Source of the DNA: an uncultured candidatus Brocadiaceae bacterium
GTDB lineage: Bacteria > Planctomycetota > UBA1135 > UBA2386
Assembly: GCA_964543795.1 (NCBI GenBank)
Contig: CAZIZN010000006.1
Location: 143,619 to 207,618 of the forward strand
Length of the DNA: 64,000 nucleotides
Reading direction: 5' to 3'
Both the position numbers and the translations under genes were made by a program. Shown here piece by piece: positions 45,572-54,111 of this stretch. Within the stretch, counting starts at the first letter, position 1. Each line of letters starts with the position of its first letter. Below the pieces are notes generated by a model. It saw only the letters and a program-made list of their open reading frames with translations, was not told where the DNA came from and did not search any database.

Positions 45572-45973
45572 ATGTTGCTTTCGACGTGCAAGTATCTGCT
45601 CATCGCCTGTTTCGCAATGACCGCCGGCCTTCCCTTCCTGGCGGCGCCAGACACCTGCCGACTCAACGTGAAGAACGTCGGCACTGACGAGGTCCCCATC
45701 TACGACTTCGACTGCGCGGGCACCTGCGCGGTGAGCGGACCCTGTGCCGAGGACAGCACGACGGGCGGCGGCACGACGGTGTGGTTCTGCGAGTGCAATG
45801 GCAACACCGTGACGACCAAGTGCGCAGGCAGAGTCTCCCTCTACCAGGGGACCTACACTCCCATATGCGTCCGCAACAACTGCTCCAACAGTTGCTTCCC
45901 ACCGATCGTGTTCCCCGTGCCCGTCGCCGAACTGCCCGCGAACGTCTGCATGTGCCCGGATGTCGGATCCTAG
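45572..45973 (+). CDS. small secreted cysteine-rich protein (133 aa precursor, 12 Cys after the signal peptide)
   Basis: AAGGGGG lies 4 nt upstream of the ATG at 45572. Signal peptide MLLSTCKYLLIACFAMTAGLPFLAA. The mature part has 12 cysteines, including the CEC and CMC pairs. I recognise no family. Confidence 0.7.
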   Translation: MLLSTCKYLLIACFAMTAGLPFLAAPDTCRLNVKNVGTDEVPIYDFDCAGTCAVSGPCAEDSTTGGGTTVWFCECNGNTVTTKCAGRVSLYQGTYTPICVRNNCSNSCFPPIVFPVPVAELPANVCMCPDVGS

Positions 45974-45976
45974 CCG

Positions 45977-47635
45977 ATGCGCCCCGATGCACGAACGACG
46001 CTGGTCTGCGCGGCAGCAATGACCATCATCGGCCTCTTGTGGATGCTCTCCGGTGATCCGGCACCGGAGTCCGGGGCGCACTCCGGGTTGGCCCATCCTG
46101 AGGCACCTTCCGTCGGAACGACGCGACCCGTCGCCGATGCTCCGCACCGACAGGAACACCTCGCCGACGGACTGGCGACAGTCGACGGTGCAACCCTCGT
46201 GGTCGTCCGTGACCCGAGCGGTGCCCCGATCGTCGGTGCCGACGTCCGTGTCGTGAAGTCAGACGCAACAGGTGCCTCGCCCCGTCGGCTGCCAGTGGGG
46301 ACGAGCGGACCCACCGCCCGCTGCGATGATCGGGGGGTGGCTACGTTCCTGCCGACAATCACCCCTGGGCACACCCTGATCGCATCGCACGCATCGCACG
46401 CCCACGCGCACCATCCGGTGACCGCCGTGAAGGATCGGATCGACATCACCCTGCAGCCGGCGGCGACGCTCCGCATCTCCTGTCGGACGCGGGACGGCAA
46501 GCCCTTGTCCGGGGTTCGGGTGTCCGCATCCTCGCGCCCACTGGCCAATCCACCCACCGACGGCGAGACGCGCCTCGCCCCTGGACCGGATCCCGCGACG
46601 GCCATCCATGAAGCCGTCTCCGGAGGCGACGGGAGAGCGATCGTCGGCGGACTGCTCCCAGGACGAGTCTACGTCGTACTCGATCACGGAACGCACGTGG
46701 CGGCGGGACTGTTGCGCAAGCAGCCCATCTCGGTAGCCGCTGGCTCCGTCGACCTGGAGGAGTCGTTCGATCCGATCGCCGGCATCCATGCCGCAATGAG
46801 CGGCGACAGCATCGTCACCTGGAACCTGCGGATCCCGAAGAGCATCGTCCACGATCCGCGCGTCATCCGGAGCCTCGGTGCTCTGACGGAGTCCTTGCAG
46901 TCCAACCGCGGAGACACGCTGTGTTTCCTCGGGGCCAGGCGGTACGACCCGAAGACCGGCGATTACATGCCGCTTCCCGACAACCTGCGCGTGACCCTGT
47001 TGACGGATGCCCTCGGCGTCGTTCAGGCAAAGGTCCGACCGCAGACGGGGCCGAACCTGTACTCGGTCCAGGAGATTCGTCTCGATACATCCCGCCCCGC
47101 GGCACCGACGGAATTGGTTTCTGTGCTGCTTCTGCACGCGGACGGATCCCAGATGCTCGACACGAGCATGTGTACCCTTCTTCCCGAAGACGTAGAACTG
47201 GTCGGTCTCTCGATTCCATTACCCCGACTTCCTGTACGTTTGCCGCTCGGGAGCTACACCCTGCGAGGACATACCGCCTTCCTCGACCGCGCACTGGGAT
47301 CCCAACGGATCCACGTCGCCGCCGGCGTGACGCAGCATGCCGTCACGTTGACGCAACCTCTGGTCGCCTGCCGGTTCCTCGTCAACGACGATCTGGGAGT
47401 GGAAGTCGATGCGGCGGACATCACCATCGTGCATGGCGACGCGAAGGAGAGCTTCTCCTGCGACCATGGACTGCCGACGCGCGTGTATCACCTGCCGCCC
47501 GGCGAGTTGAAGATCCAGGTCGTGGCCAGGGGCTGCAAGCCGGTGTCGCTCACGACCAACTTGACCGAAGGCGAAGCCACGAAAGGCGCAACGACGGCCC
47601 GGGTCATCTCGGTGATCGCCCCCCGATCGGAGTAG
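45977..47635 (+). CDS. single-pass membrane protein with carboxypeptidase-regulatory-like beta-sandwich repeats
   Basis: It starts 3 nt after the previous stop. N-terminal TM LVCAAAMTIIGLLWML. Repeated segments of the type VVVRDPSGAPIVGADVRVV...DDRGVATF...PGHTLIASHASH, and a His-rich stretch HASHAHAHH. Confidence 0.6.
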   Translation: MRPDARTTLVCAAAMTIIGLLWMLSGDPAPESGAHSGLAHPEAPSVGTTRPVADAPHRQEHLADGLATVDGATLVVVRDPSGAPIVGADVRVVKSDATGASPRRLPVGTSGPTARCDDRGVATFLPTITPGHTLIASHASHAHAHHPVTAVKDRIDITLQPAATLRISCRTRDGKPLSGVRVSASSRPLANPPTDGETRLAPGPDPATAIHEAVSGGDGRAIVGGLLPGRVYVVLDHGTHVAAGLLRKQPISVAAGSVDLEESFDPIAGIHAAMSGDSIVTWNLRIPKSIVHDPRVIRSLGALTESLQSNRGDTLCFLGARRYDPKTGDYMPLPDNLRVTLLTDALGVVQAKVRPQTGPNLYSVQEIRLDTSRPAAPTELVSVLLLHADGSQMLDTSMCTLLPEDVELVGLSIPLPRLPVRLPLGSYTLRGHTAFLDRALGSQRIHVAAGVTQHAVTLTQPLVACRFLVNDDLGVEVDAADITIVHGDAKESFSCDHGLPTRVYHLPPGELKIQVVARGCKPVSLTTNLTEGEATKGATTARVISVIAPRSE

Positions 47636-47643
47636 ACCTGCTC

Positions 47644-48090
47644 GTGTCGACGGATCACCACGCTCCTGGAGGGCCCTGGTGTGCCCGCATTGGCACCCTG
47701 CTCCTGTCCACGACCCTGCTGATCTGTGCAGCCCTGAAGGCTTTCTCCCCCTACTCCGAGGAGTACCTGATCTCGAAGCCCGTCTACTTCGGGAGCGCAA
47801 CATTGGAAGCCCTGTTGGCCGTGATGCTCTGGAGCCGGCTGCATCGTCTGGCACTCACGCTCCTGGTCCTGGCCTTGTCGGGAACGGCAGTGTTCCTGTG
47901 GGTGGGTGGTCTGCTCGACACCGCGCCCTGTGGCTGCTTCGGCTCGTGGCGCGTCTCGCGCAAACTCCACTTCGTCCTCGTCGGAACTCTGGGCATGCTC
48001 GCCATGGCGACCTACTGCGCCTTGGGCAAGCCCCCCACGCGTCCCGGCCGTGCGACGACGCGCGGCGCGCACGCGGCGCCGCTGCCGTAA
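47644..48090 (+). CDS. MauE/DoxX-like redox-associated membrane protein
   Basis: GTG at 47644, 8 nt after the previous stop. About 4 hydrophobic segments and the CGCFG motif I associate with MauE-type proteins. This is the last 148 codons of the 389-aa track ORF. Confidence 0.55.
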   Translation: MSTDHHAPGGPWCARIGTLLLSTTLLICAALKAFSPYSEEYLISKPVYFGSATLEALLAVMLWSRLHRLALTLLVLALSGTAVFLWVGGLLDTAPCGCFGSWRVSRKLHFVLVGTLGMLAMATYCALGKPPTRPGRATTRGAHAAPLP

Positions 48091-48188
48091 CCGCCTCGCC
48101 GAACCGGCGACCGCTCGCGACCGCGGCCGCGGGGATTCTCGCGACCGCCGCAACTTCGCCGCGGCCCACCGCGGTAGACGTTGCGTCC

Positions 48189-48689
48189 ATGACCGAAGCT
48201 GCCGTGCCCCACCGCACCGACGACGCCGCGTTCGCGGCGTTCCTGCAGGCGCAGCACGCACGGCTGCTGCAGTTCCTGCGCCGGCTGTGCGGCACCGACG
48301 CCGAGGACGTGCTGCAGGAGACCCTGGCGAAGGTCTGGCGCCTGCGGCACGGCTTCGATGCGGCGCAGAACGGCGAAGCCTGGCTCCTGCAGGCGGCGTT
48401 CCGCACCTTCTGCGACCATCGCGCCCGGGGCCGGCGCGCGCCGCCGACGCTGTCCGCCGACGCCGATCCGCCGGCCCCCGCGCACGCGTGCCCGATCGAA
48501 CTGCGCGACGAGGTGTCGCGCTGCCTTCGGGGCCTGCCGCCGATCGAACGCGACCTGCTGCTCGGCTTCCACGCGCACGGCCTCTCGCTGCGCGAACTCG
48601 CCGAGCGCCACCACCTGCCGCTCAACACCGTCAAGTCGCACCTGCACCGCGCCCGCCAGCGGCTGCAGGCCCGCCCGGAGGACGCATGA
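48189..48689 (+). CDS. ECF sigma factor
   Basis: ATG at 48189. Region 2 AEDVLQETLAKVWRLRHGFD...AWLLQAAFRTFCDHRAR, region 4 LPPIERDLLLGFHAHGLSLRELAERHHLPLNTVKSHLHRARQRL. Confidence 0.8.
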   Translation: MTEAAVPHRTDDAAFAAFLQAQHARLLQFLRRLCGTDAEDVLQETLAKVWRLRHGFDAAQNGEAWLLQAAFRTFCDHRARGRRAPPTLSADADPPAPAHACPIELRDEVSRCLRGLPPIERDLLLGFHAHGLSLRELAERHHLPLNTVKSHLHRARQRLQARPEDA

Positions 48690-49150
48690 CCCCTGCCGAG
48701 TTCGACGCCCGTCTGCACGAACTGCTCGACCGCCGTCTGGACCCGCTCGACGACCCGGATTGCCGCGCCTTCCTCGACGCGCACCCGCACCGGCTGCCGG
48801 ACTTCGCGGCGCTGCGCCTACGGCTCGCGGCACTGCCCCACCTCGCCGAGCCCGTGCCTGCACCGGTGCCGACGCCGCGCCCCTGGCGCCGCCTCGCACC
48901 GTGGTGGTCGCTCGCGGCGGCCGCCGCGATCGCCCTCTGGCTCGCCCGCCCGACGCCGGCACCGGCCCCGGCGGCAGCAGCCCCGGCGGCGCCAGAACCC
49001 GCCGCCGCGCCGCGCGGCCGCGTGCTCGCCGCAGCTCTGGAGCCCATCCACCAGCGGCTCGGGGCCGTCGCCACCGCGCAGGCGCGCGCCGTGCTGCTCG
49101 ACCGACCCGACGCACGCCTCGAGACCTTCGTGCAGTGGAGTTCCCCATGA
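48686..49150 (+). CDS. putative anti-sigma factor (single TM)
   Basis: ATGA overlap with the sigma gene. An N-terminal helical region, then TM APWWSLAAAAAIALWLA. Confidence 0.45.
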   Translation: MTPAEFDARLHELLDRRLDPLDDPDCRAFLDAHPHRLPDFAALRLRLAALPHLAEPVPAPVPTPRPWRRLAPWWSLAAAAAIALWLARPTPAPAPAAAAPAAPEPAAAPRGRVLAAALEPIHQRLGAVATAQARAVLLDRPDARLETFVQWSSP

Positions 49151-50139
49151 AACCGATCCTCCTGTCCCTCGCATCGCTCACCGGCCTCTACGTTGCGCTG
49201 CCGGCGCAGAAGATGCCGCTCGCCGACGAGAGCCAGCGCCAGGTCGTCGTGCTCGACGTCGGCGACCTGATCGGCAAGGCGCCGCCGCCAGCACTCGTGT
49301 CGGGCCGCAGGGCGGCGACGACGCCGAGCGAACTGCAGCGCGTGGCCGCGTTCGTACGCGCCTTCGCCGAACCGGCCCTCGGCGACGGCGCCGACCTGCA
49401 GCCGCTCGGCGACCGCCACCTCGTCGTGCTGGGGTCGGCCGTGCAGGTCGCCGCCACCGAGCGGCTGGTCGCGCATGCACGCACCACGCGTGCAAAGCAG
49501 TTCCTGCTCGACGTGCGGCTCTGCACCGTGCCGGGCGCGTTCTTCGATCGCGAGCTGGCCGGCAAGCTCGCCGTCGCAGCCGGTGAACCGGGCCAGACCG
49601 GCGCCGGCCCGCACGTGGCCGTGCTCGATGCCGAAGCGGCGGCGGCGATCACGCGGGCGATGCGGCAGGATGCGCAGGCCAGGGTCCTGCAGGCGCCGCA
49701 GATCGTCGTGAACACGCTCCACTCCGCGACGCTGCAGATCGGCGAACAGGTGTCCTACGTGCGCGACTTCGAGATCGAGATCGTGCAGGGGGCGAGGATC
49801 GCCGACCCCGTGGTCGAAGTCCTGTTCGACGGCCAGCAGGTCGAGGCGCTCTGCGCCGAGGTCGACGACGGGCTCATCGGCGTACAGATGCAGGTCATCG
49901 ACCAGTCCGTGGAGAAGCCGATCCGCACGATCCCGTCGCGCGTGCCGGGCATCGAGCAGGAGCTCACGCTGCAGGTGCCGCGCACCACCGGCTGCCGCGG
50001 CAACCAGACCGCCCTGCTGCCGGACGGAGCGACGGCCGTGATGGCCGCCCGCAAGAACGACGGCACGTGGCTCTTGTCGTTGATGACCGTGAACGCGATC
50101 CGCGCCGCCGTGCCGATCGGCCCCGGCGAGCGACGCTGA
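49147..50139 (+). CDS. secreted short secretin-domain-like protein
   Basis: ATGA overlap with the upstream gene. Signal peptide MKPILLSLASLTGLYVALPAQ. The C-terminal half resembles a secretin C-domain (ARVLQAPQIVVNTLHSATLQIGEQVSYV...LIGVQMQVIDQSV...ALLPDGATAVMAA). Confidence 0.5.
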   Translation: MKPILLSLASLTGLYVALPAQKMPLADESQRQVVVLDVGDLIGKAPPPALVSGRRAATTPSELQRVAAFVRAFAEPALGDGADLQPLGDRHLVVLGSAVQVAATERLVAHARTTRAKQFLLDVRLCTVPGAFFDRELAGKLAVAAGEPGQTGAGPHVAVLDAEAAAAITRAMRQDAQARVLQAPQIVVNTLHSATLQIGEQVSYVRDFEIEIVQGARIADPVVEVLFDGQQVEALCAEVDDGLIGVQMQVIDQSVEKPIRTIPSRVPGIEQELTLQVPRTTGCRGNQTALLPDGATAVMAARKNDGTWLLSLMTVNAIRAAVPIGPGERR

Positions 50140-50254
50140 CGACGTGCGGATCCGCGCCGGGCCCGGGGCCGATGCCGGACGAAGCGGCGCGGGCGCAGCG
50201 TTATGCTCGCGAAGGCGACCGCCGGCACCCGCCCACGCACCCCACGACACCTTC

Positions 50255-51208
50255 ATGCGCACCCTGCTGCTCCTCGCAACGAGCCTGATCTCCTGCCTCC
50301 CGACGACCGGCCAGGAGGCCACCGGCCAGGAACCGCGCCCCGCCGAGGCCGCGCGGGATGCGGCGGCGACCGAACTGCAGCAACGGTTGCTGGCCACCGC
50401 CGCCGCCGGGCCGACGGCATTCGCAGCCGAGTGGGTCTGGCCCGCCGGCGACCTGCAGCGCCCGATCCGGCCCGCCGCCGCACCGCCGGAGCCGGCGCCG
50501 GACAGGGCCCGCGGCGCGTTCGCGGCCGACGTGCTGCACGTCGTGTTCGCCGGCGCCTCGCCGCTCGAGCTCCGGCAGCACGGGCGACACTGGTTGCTGC
50601 GCGAGGGAGCAGGACCGTTCCGGCTCGCGCACGCCCAGGCCGGGCCGATCGCGGACCGGCCCTTCGTGCCCGATCCCCCGCTGCTGCTGCGCGCCCTCGC
50701 GGCGGGTGCGCCGCGCGTCCTCGACCGCACGATCGGCGAAGCCGACGGCCGGCCGGTCGAGTGGTTCGCGCTCGAACTCGACACGGGCCACTGCGAAGTC
50801 CTGCGGTTCGCGGGCGCGATCGGCGACCCGAGCCCGGTGCCCGCCGGCGTGCGCGCGCTCGTGCAGACCCGCGGCCTGCAAGCCCACCTGCCGAAGCCGA
50901 CGGTCGACGTCGCGGTCGAGATCGACGTCGGCACCCGATACGTGCAGCGCATCCGCGTGGTGAGTCTCAGCCGGCGCATCGACACGACTCGCCTGCGCGC
51001 GGCCGCCGGCGGTCGCGGCGCGGGCATCGACGATGCGGAGCCGGTCGTCGACGAGCCGGAGCCGATGCCGACCGTGTTCCGCGAGGGGCTGCCCGTGCGC
51101 GAGCAAGGCGACCGGCAACGCCGCTGGTTCGAGGTGCGGCTCCGGGAGCACGGCGCGGCGACGATCGACGCACTCGACGAAGCCTCGCGGGCGCTGCTCG
51201 GTCGCTGA
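50255..51208 (+). CDS. secreted hypothetical protein
   Basis: The internal ATG at 50255 gives MRTLLLLATSLISCLPTTGQ. I recognise no domain. Confidence 0.5.
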   Translation: MRTLLLLATSLISCLPTTGQEATGQEPRPAEAARDAAATELQQRLLATAAAGPTAFAAEWVWPAGDLQRPIRPAAAPPEPAPDRARGAFAADVLHVVFAGASPLELRQHGRHWLLREGAGPFRLAHAQAGPIADRPFVPDPPLLLRALAAGAPRVLDRTIGEADGRPVEWFALELDTGHCEVLRFAGAIGDPSPVPAGVRALVQTRGLQAHLPKPTVDVAVEIDVGTRYVQRIRVVSLSRRIDTTRLRAAAGGRGAGIDDAEPVVDEPEPMPTVFREGLPVREQGDRQRRWFEVRLREHGAATIDALDEASRALLGR

Positions 51209-51548
51209 GCACGCGCGCGATCCGAACAGGCGCAGATCGCGCAGGCGCGTGCCGAAGCGATGCCGCAGGAACTCGGCCAGGTCACGAAGCGCCGACGTTC
51301 ACTCGGGCGCAGCGCCGCCGGCAGAGCGTCGACCAACATGGCCGCACGGTGGGTCCGGGGCTAGCCCTTGGCAACCGGCCGAAGCGCCATGCGGTGGGGG
51401 CAGCGCGAAACCGGTGACTCGAGCAGCGCATCTGGCGGTTCTTCGGGCTCAAGGGCATTCGGTCACAGCCGGATGCCGTCTCGTTCATCTCCCGCGCGAT
51501 GATGCGCGACTGCCGGGCAAAGGCGACGGCGGCGTCCAGATGGTCAGG

Positions 51549-51670
51549 CTACCTGGGCGAAATGCGGGCCGCGGCGATCGATCTCACCTCCTCGACCGAG
51601 GTGGTCCACGCTTGGATGGCACCGTCATCGCCACCCGTGAGCAGACGAGTGCCGTCGACCGAGAACCGGC
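51549..51670 (-). pseudogene. possible terminal fragment of a WD40-repeat gene
   Basis: The minus strand reads RRFSVDGTRLLTGGDDGAIQAW, a single WD40-repeat signature, followed by a stop at 51549. The upstream continuation is lost. A C9 homopolymer lies at about 51680. Confidence 0.3.
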
Positions 51671-51727
51671 GAACCGCTGCCCCCCCCCGTCGGCAGGTAC
51701 CCCGGCAGGGGGTAGAACTGCGCACGC

Positions 51728-53917
51728 ATGATCCTCCAAGCGCGCTTCGCGGGGCCGTTGCTGCAGCTGCTCGTGATCCCCACGGCCTGTTTGCCCACCG
51801 CTGCCCAGACCGCCGAGTGGTGGAACCGCACCAGCGTGGCGCTGCCGTCGGATCGGTACCTCCACGCGATGGCATACGACAGTTGGCGCGGCTGTTCGGT
51901 GATGTTCGGCGGCAACGGCCCACCCGAGACCAACGACACCTGGGAGCACGCGAACGGTCGCTGGACGCAACGCCTGCCCGCAACGACGCCGCCGGTGCGC
52001 TCCTTGCACGCGCTCGCGTTCGACCGCCAGCGCGGTCGCACGGTGATGTTCGGCGGCATCGGGGCGAACAACACGCCGCTCGGCGACACCTGGGAGTGGG
52101 ACGGCGTCGATTGGTTGCAGCGCACCCCCGTGCACGCGCCTCCACCTCTCGCGGGGCATTCGATGGCTTACGACGAAGCGCGCGGCCGGATCGTGCTCTG
52201 CAACGGCCAGACATGGGAATGGGACGGCGTGGACTGGACGCAGGCCTCTCCCGCCGTGCACCCGCCGGTGCGCGTCTTCGGGAGCCTCGCGTACGACGCC
52301 GCCCGGGCGCGAACCGTGTTCTTCGGCGGCGTCGTGGGCCTCTCGCAGCTGATGGCCGACACCTGGGAGTGGGACGGCATCGCGTGGACGCAGCGCGCGC
52401 CGGCCACCTCGCCTCCCGCCTGCTCGGGCCACGTCATGGCGTTCGACCGGACTCGGCAACGCATCGTCGTGTACTGGTCGGACCAGACCTGGGAGTGGGA
52501 TGGCGCGAACTGGCAGGCGCGCCCATCGGCGAACCGCCCCGAAGTGCTGCGGTGGATGGCGATGGCGTACGACGACCGCCGTGGCGAGTGCGTGCTGTTC
52601 GGCGGGCTGCCCAGCGGCACGTGGGGCTGGGACGGCGTCGACTGGGGACCCGTCGAATCGCTCGACGCGCTACCGGCGCGCTATGGCCACGCGATGGTGT
52701 ACGACTCGGCGCGCGGCGTCAGCGTGGTGTTCGGTGGCAAACGGCGCAACTTCGTGAACCTGGGCGACACGTGGGAGTACGACGGAAACGCCTGGCGGCA
52801 GCGGGCGACGACCGGGCCCATTCCGCAGTTCCGCCACGCGATGGCCTACGACAGCCTGCGGCGGGAGACGGTGTTGTTCGGGGTCTGGGGCGACACCTGG
52901 GTGTGGGATGGCAACAGCTGGACCCGGCGCACGACGTCGGTCGCGCCATCGCAGCGCACGGGCCCCAACATGGCGTTCGATTCGTGGCGCGGGGTGATCG
53001 TGCTCTATGGAGGCTCGACCCCCCAGTCCACTTCCCTGCGAGACACCTGGGAGTGGAACGGCACCTCCTGGACGCAGCGCTTCCCCCCGACGCCGCCCAT
53101 TTCCGTCGCGGGTTCGATGGCGTTCGATCGAGGGCGCGGCAGGTGCGTGATCTTCGGCGGCTCGACTGGCGCCACGATCGTGCACGAGTGGGACGGCACC
53201 TCCTGGACGCACATTCCAGCGCCGTACCCGCGGCCGCAGTCGCCGAATGGCCAGTTGGCGTTCGACGAGGGCCGCGGCGTGTGCGTGCTGTTCGGCGGTG
53301 ATCAGAACGGCAGCTACGCCGACGGCACGTGGCAATGGGACGGCGCCACTTGGACCCGCATCGTGCTTCAGCCGGCACCCGGGCCCCGCGTCGAACACGC
53401 AGTCGCGTACGACACGCTGCGGCGCCGGTTCGTGCTCTCGGGGGGGCGGGCAAGCACCAACGTGCCGCTCGGTGACACCTGGGAGCGCATCCAGCCTGGC
53501 TACGCATTCGCCGCGACCTACGGCGCTGGCTGTGGAGCGCCCCCGATGCAGATGCGCGCGGCCGCGGGCTCGCGGCCGCTGCTCGGCAGCACGATGAACC
53601 TCGACATCTCGCACGTGCCGACCGCCGCGTTCATGGCGCTCGGCATCTCCAACGCGAGCCTCGGGGCACTGGCGCTGCCGTTGCCACTCGACTCGTTCCA
53701 GCTGCCTGGGTGCACGCTGCTGCAGAGTTGCGACCTGCTGCTGCTGCCGTGCCAGCAGATCTCACCGACCACGGCGCAAGGTTCGCTGGCGATCCCGAGC
53801 CAGCCGGTGCTGAACGGACTGTCGCTCTTCGTGCAACCGTGGTCGCCGGCTCCTGGTCTGAACCCGGCGGGGCTGGCGGTCGGCAACGCGGTCGAACTGT
53901 CGATGGGTTCGTTCTGA
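51728..53917 (+). CDS. secreted Kelch-type beta-propeller protein (~12 repeats) with the shared C-terminal domain
   Basis: Signal peptide ends CLPTAAQ. About 12 units carry the core GDTWEWDG..W.Q. C-terminus GAGCGA...LPGCTLLQS...GNAVELSMGSF. Confidence 0.8.
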   Translation: MILQARFAGPLLQLLVIPTACLPTAAQTAEWWNRTSVALPSDRYLHAMAYDSWRGCSVMFGGNGPPETNDTWEHANGRWTQRLPATTPPVRSLHALAFDRQRGRTVMFGGIGANNTPLGDTWEWDGVDWLQRTPVHAPPPLAGHSMAYDEARGRIVLCNGQTWEWDGVDWTQASPAVHPPVRVFGSLAYDAARARTVFFGGVVGLSQLMADTWEWDGIAWTQRAPATSPPACSGHVMAFDRTRQRIVVYWSDQTWEWDGANWQARPSANRPEVLRWMAMAYDDRRGECVLFGGLPSGTWGWDGVDWGPVESLDALPARYGHAMVYDSARGVSVVFGGKRRNFVNLGDTWEYDGNAWRQRATTGPIPQFRHAMAYDSLRRETVLFGVWGDTWVWDGNSWTRRTTSVAPSQRTGPNMAFDSWRGVIVLYGGSTPQSTSLRDTWEWNGTSWTQRFPPTPPISVAGSMAFDRGRGRCVIFGGSTGATIVHEWDGTSWTHIPAPYPRPQSPNGQLAFDEGRGVCVLFGGDQNGSYADGTWQWDGATWTRIVLQPAPGPRVEHAVAYDTLRRRFVLSGGRASTNVPLGDTWERIQPGYAFAATYGAGCGAPPMQMRAAAGSRPLLGSTMNLDISHVPTAAFMALGISNASLGALALPLPLDSFQLPGCTLLQSCDLLLLPCQQISPTTAQGSLAIPSQPVLNGLSLFVQPWSPAPGLNPAGLAVGNAVELSMGSF

Positions 53918-53990
53918 CGCCCGGTCCCGGCTTCGGCCCTCGCGGGTATCTGTCGTCTGTCGCGTCACGACGCACCACCTCGCGCACAGT

Positions 53991-54019
53991 AGGCCCCTGT
54001 AGGTGCAGACCTACGGCCT
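53991..54019 (+). terminator. possible hairpin downstream of the Kelch gene
   Basis: AGGCC(CCT)GTAGGT-GCAG-ACCTACGGCCT is an 11-bp stem with a 3-nt bulge. No U-tract. Confidence 0.25.
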
Positions 54020-54111
54020 CACCAAAGAGAGTGCCACCGGGGTGATTGGCAACCGTAGAGTGGGCTCCACAGCGTCGACGTCCGGCGCGCCACCACCCCC
54101 CCGGAGCTCCC

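Noticed and set aside
45572-45973. The 12-Cys protein as a methylamine dehydrogenase light chain (MauA), given the MauE-like neighbour.
   Set aside because: It has only one Trp, whereas the TTQ cofactor needs two. It has no Tat leader, and the window has no mauB/mauD/amicyanin genes. I kept only the analogy of cysteine count.
48091-48188. ECF-type promoter (GGAAC-N16-17-CGT) upstream of the ECF sigma gene.
   Set aside because: I found only GCAACTT ... CGTT, with about 24-nt spacing. That does not fit the usual ECF promoter geometry, so I make no call.
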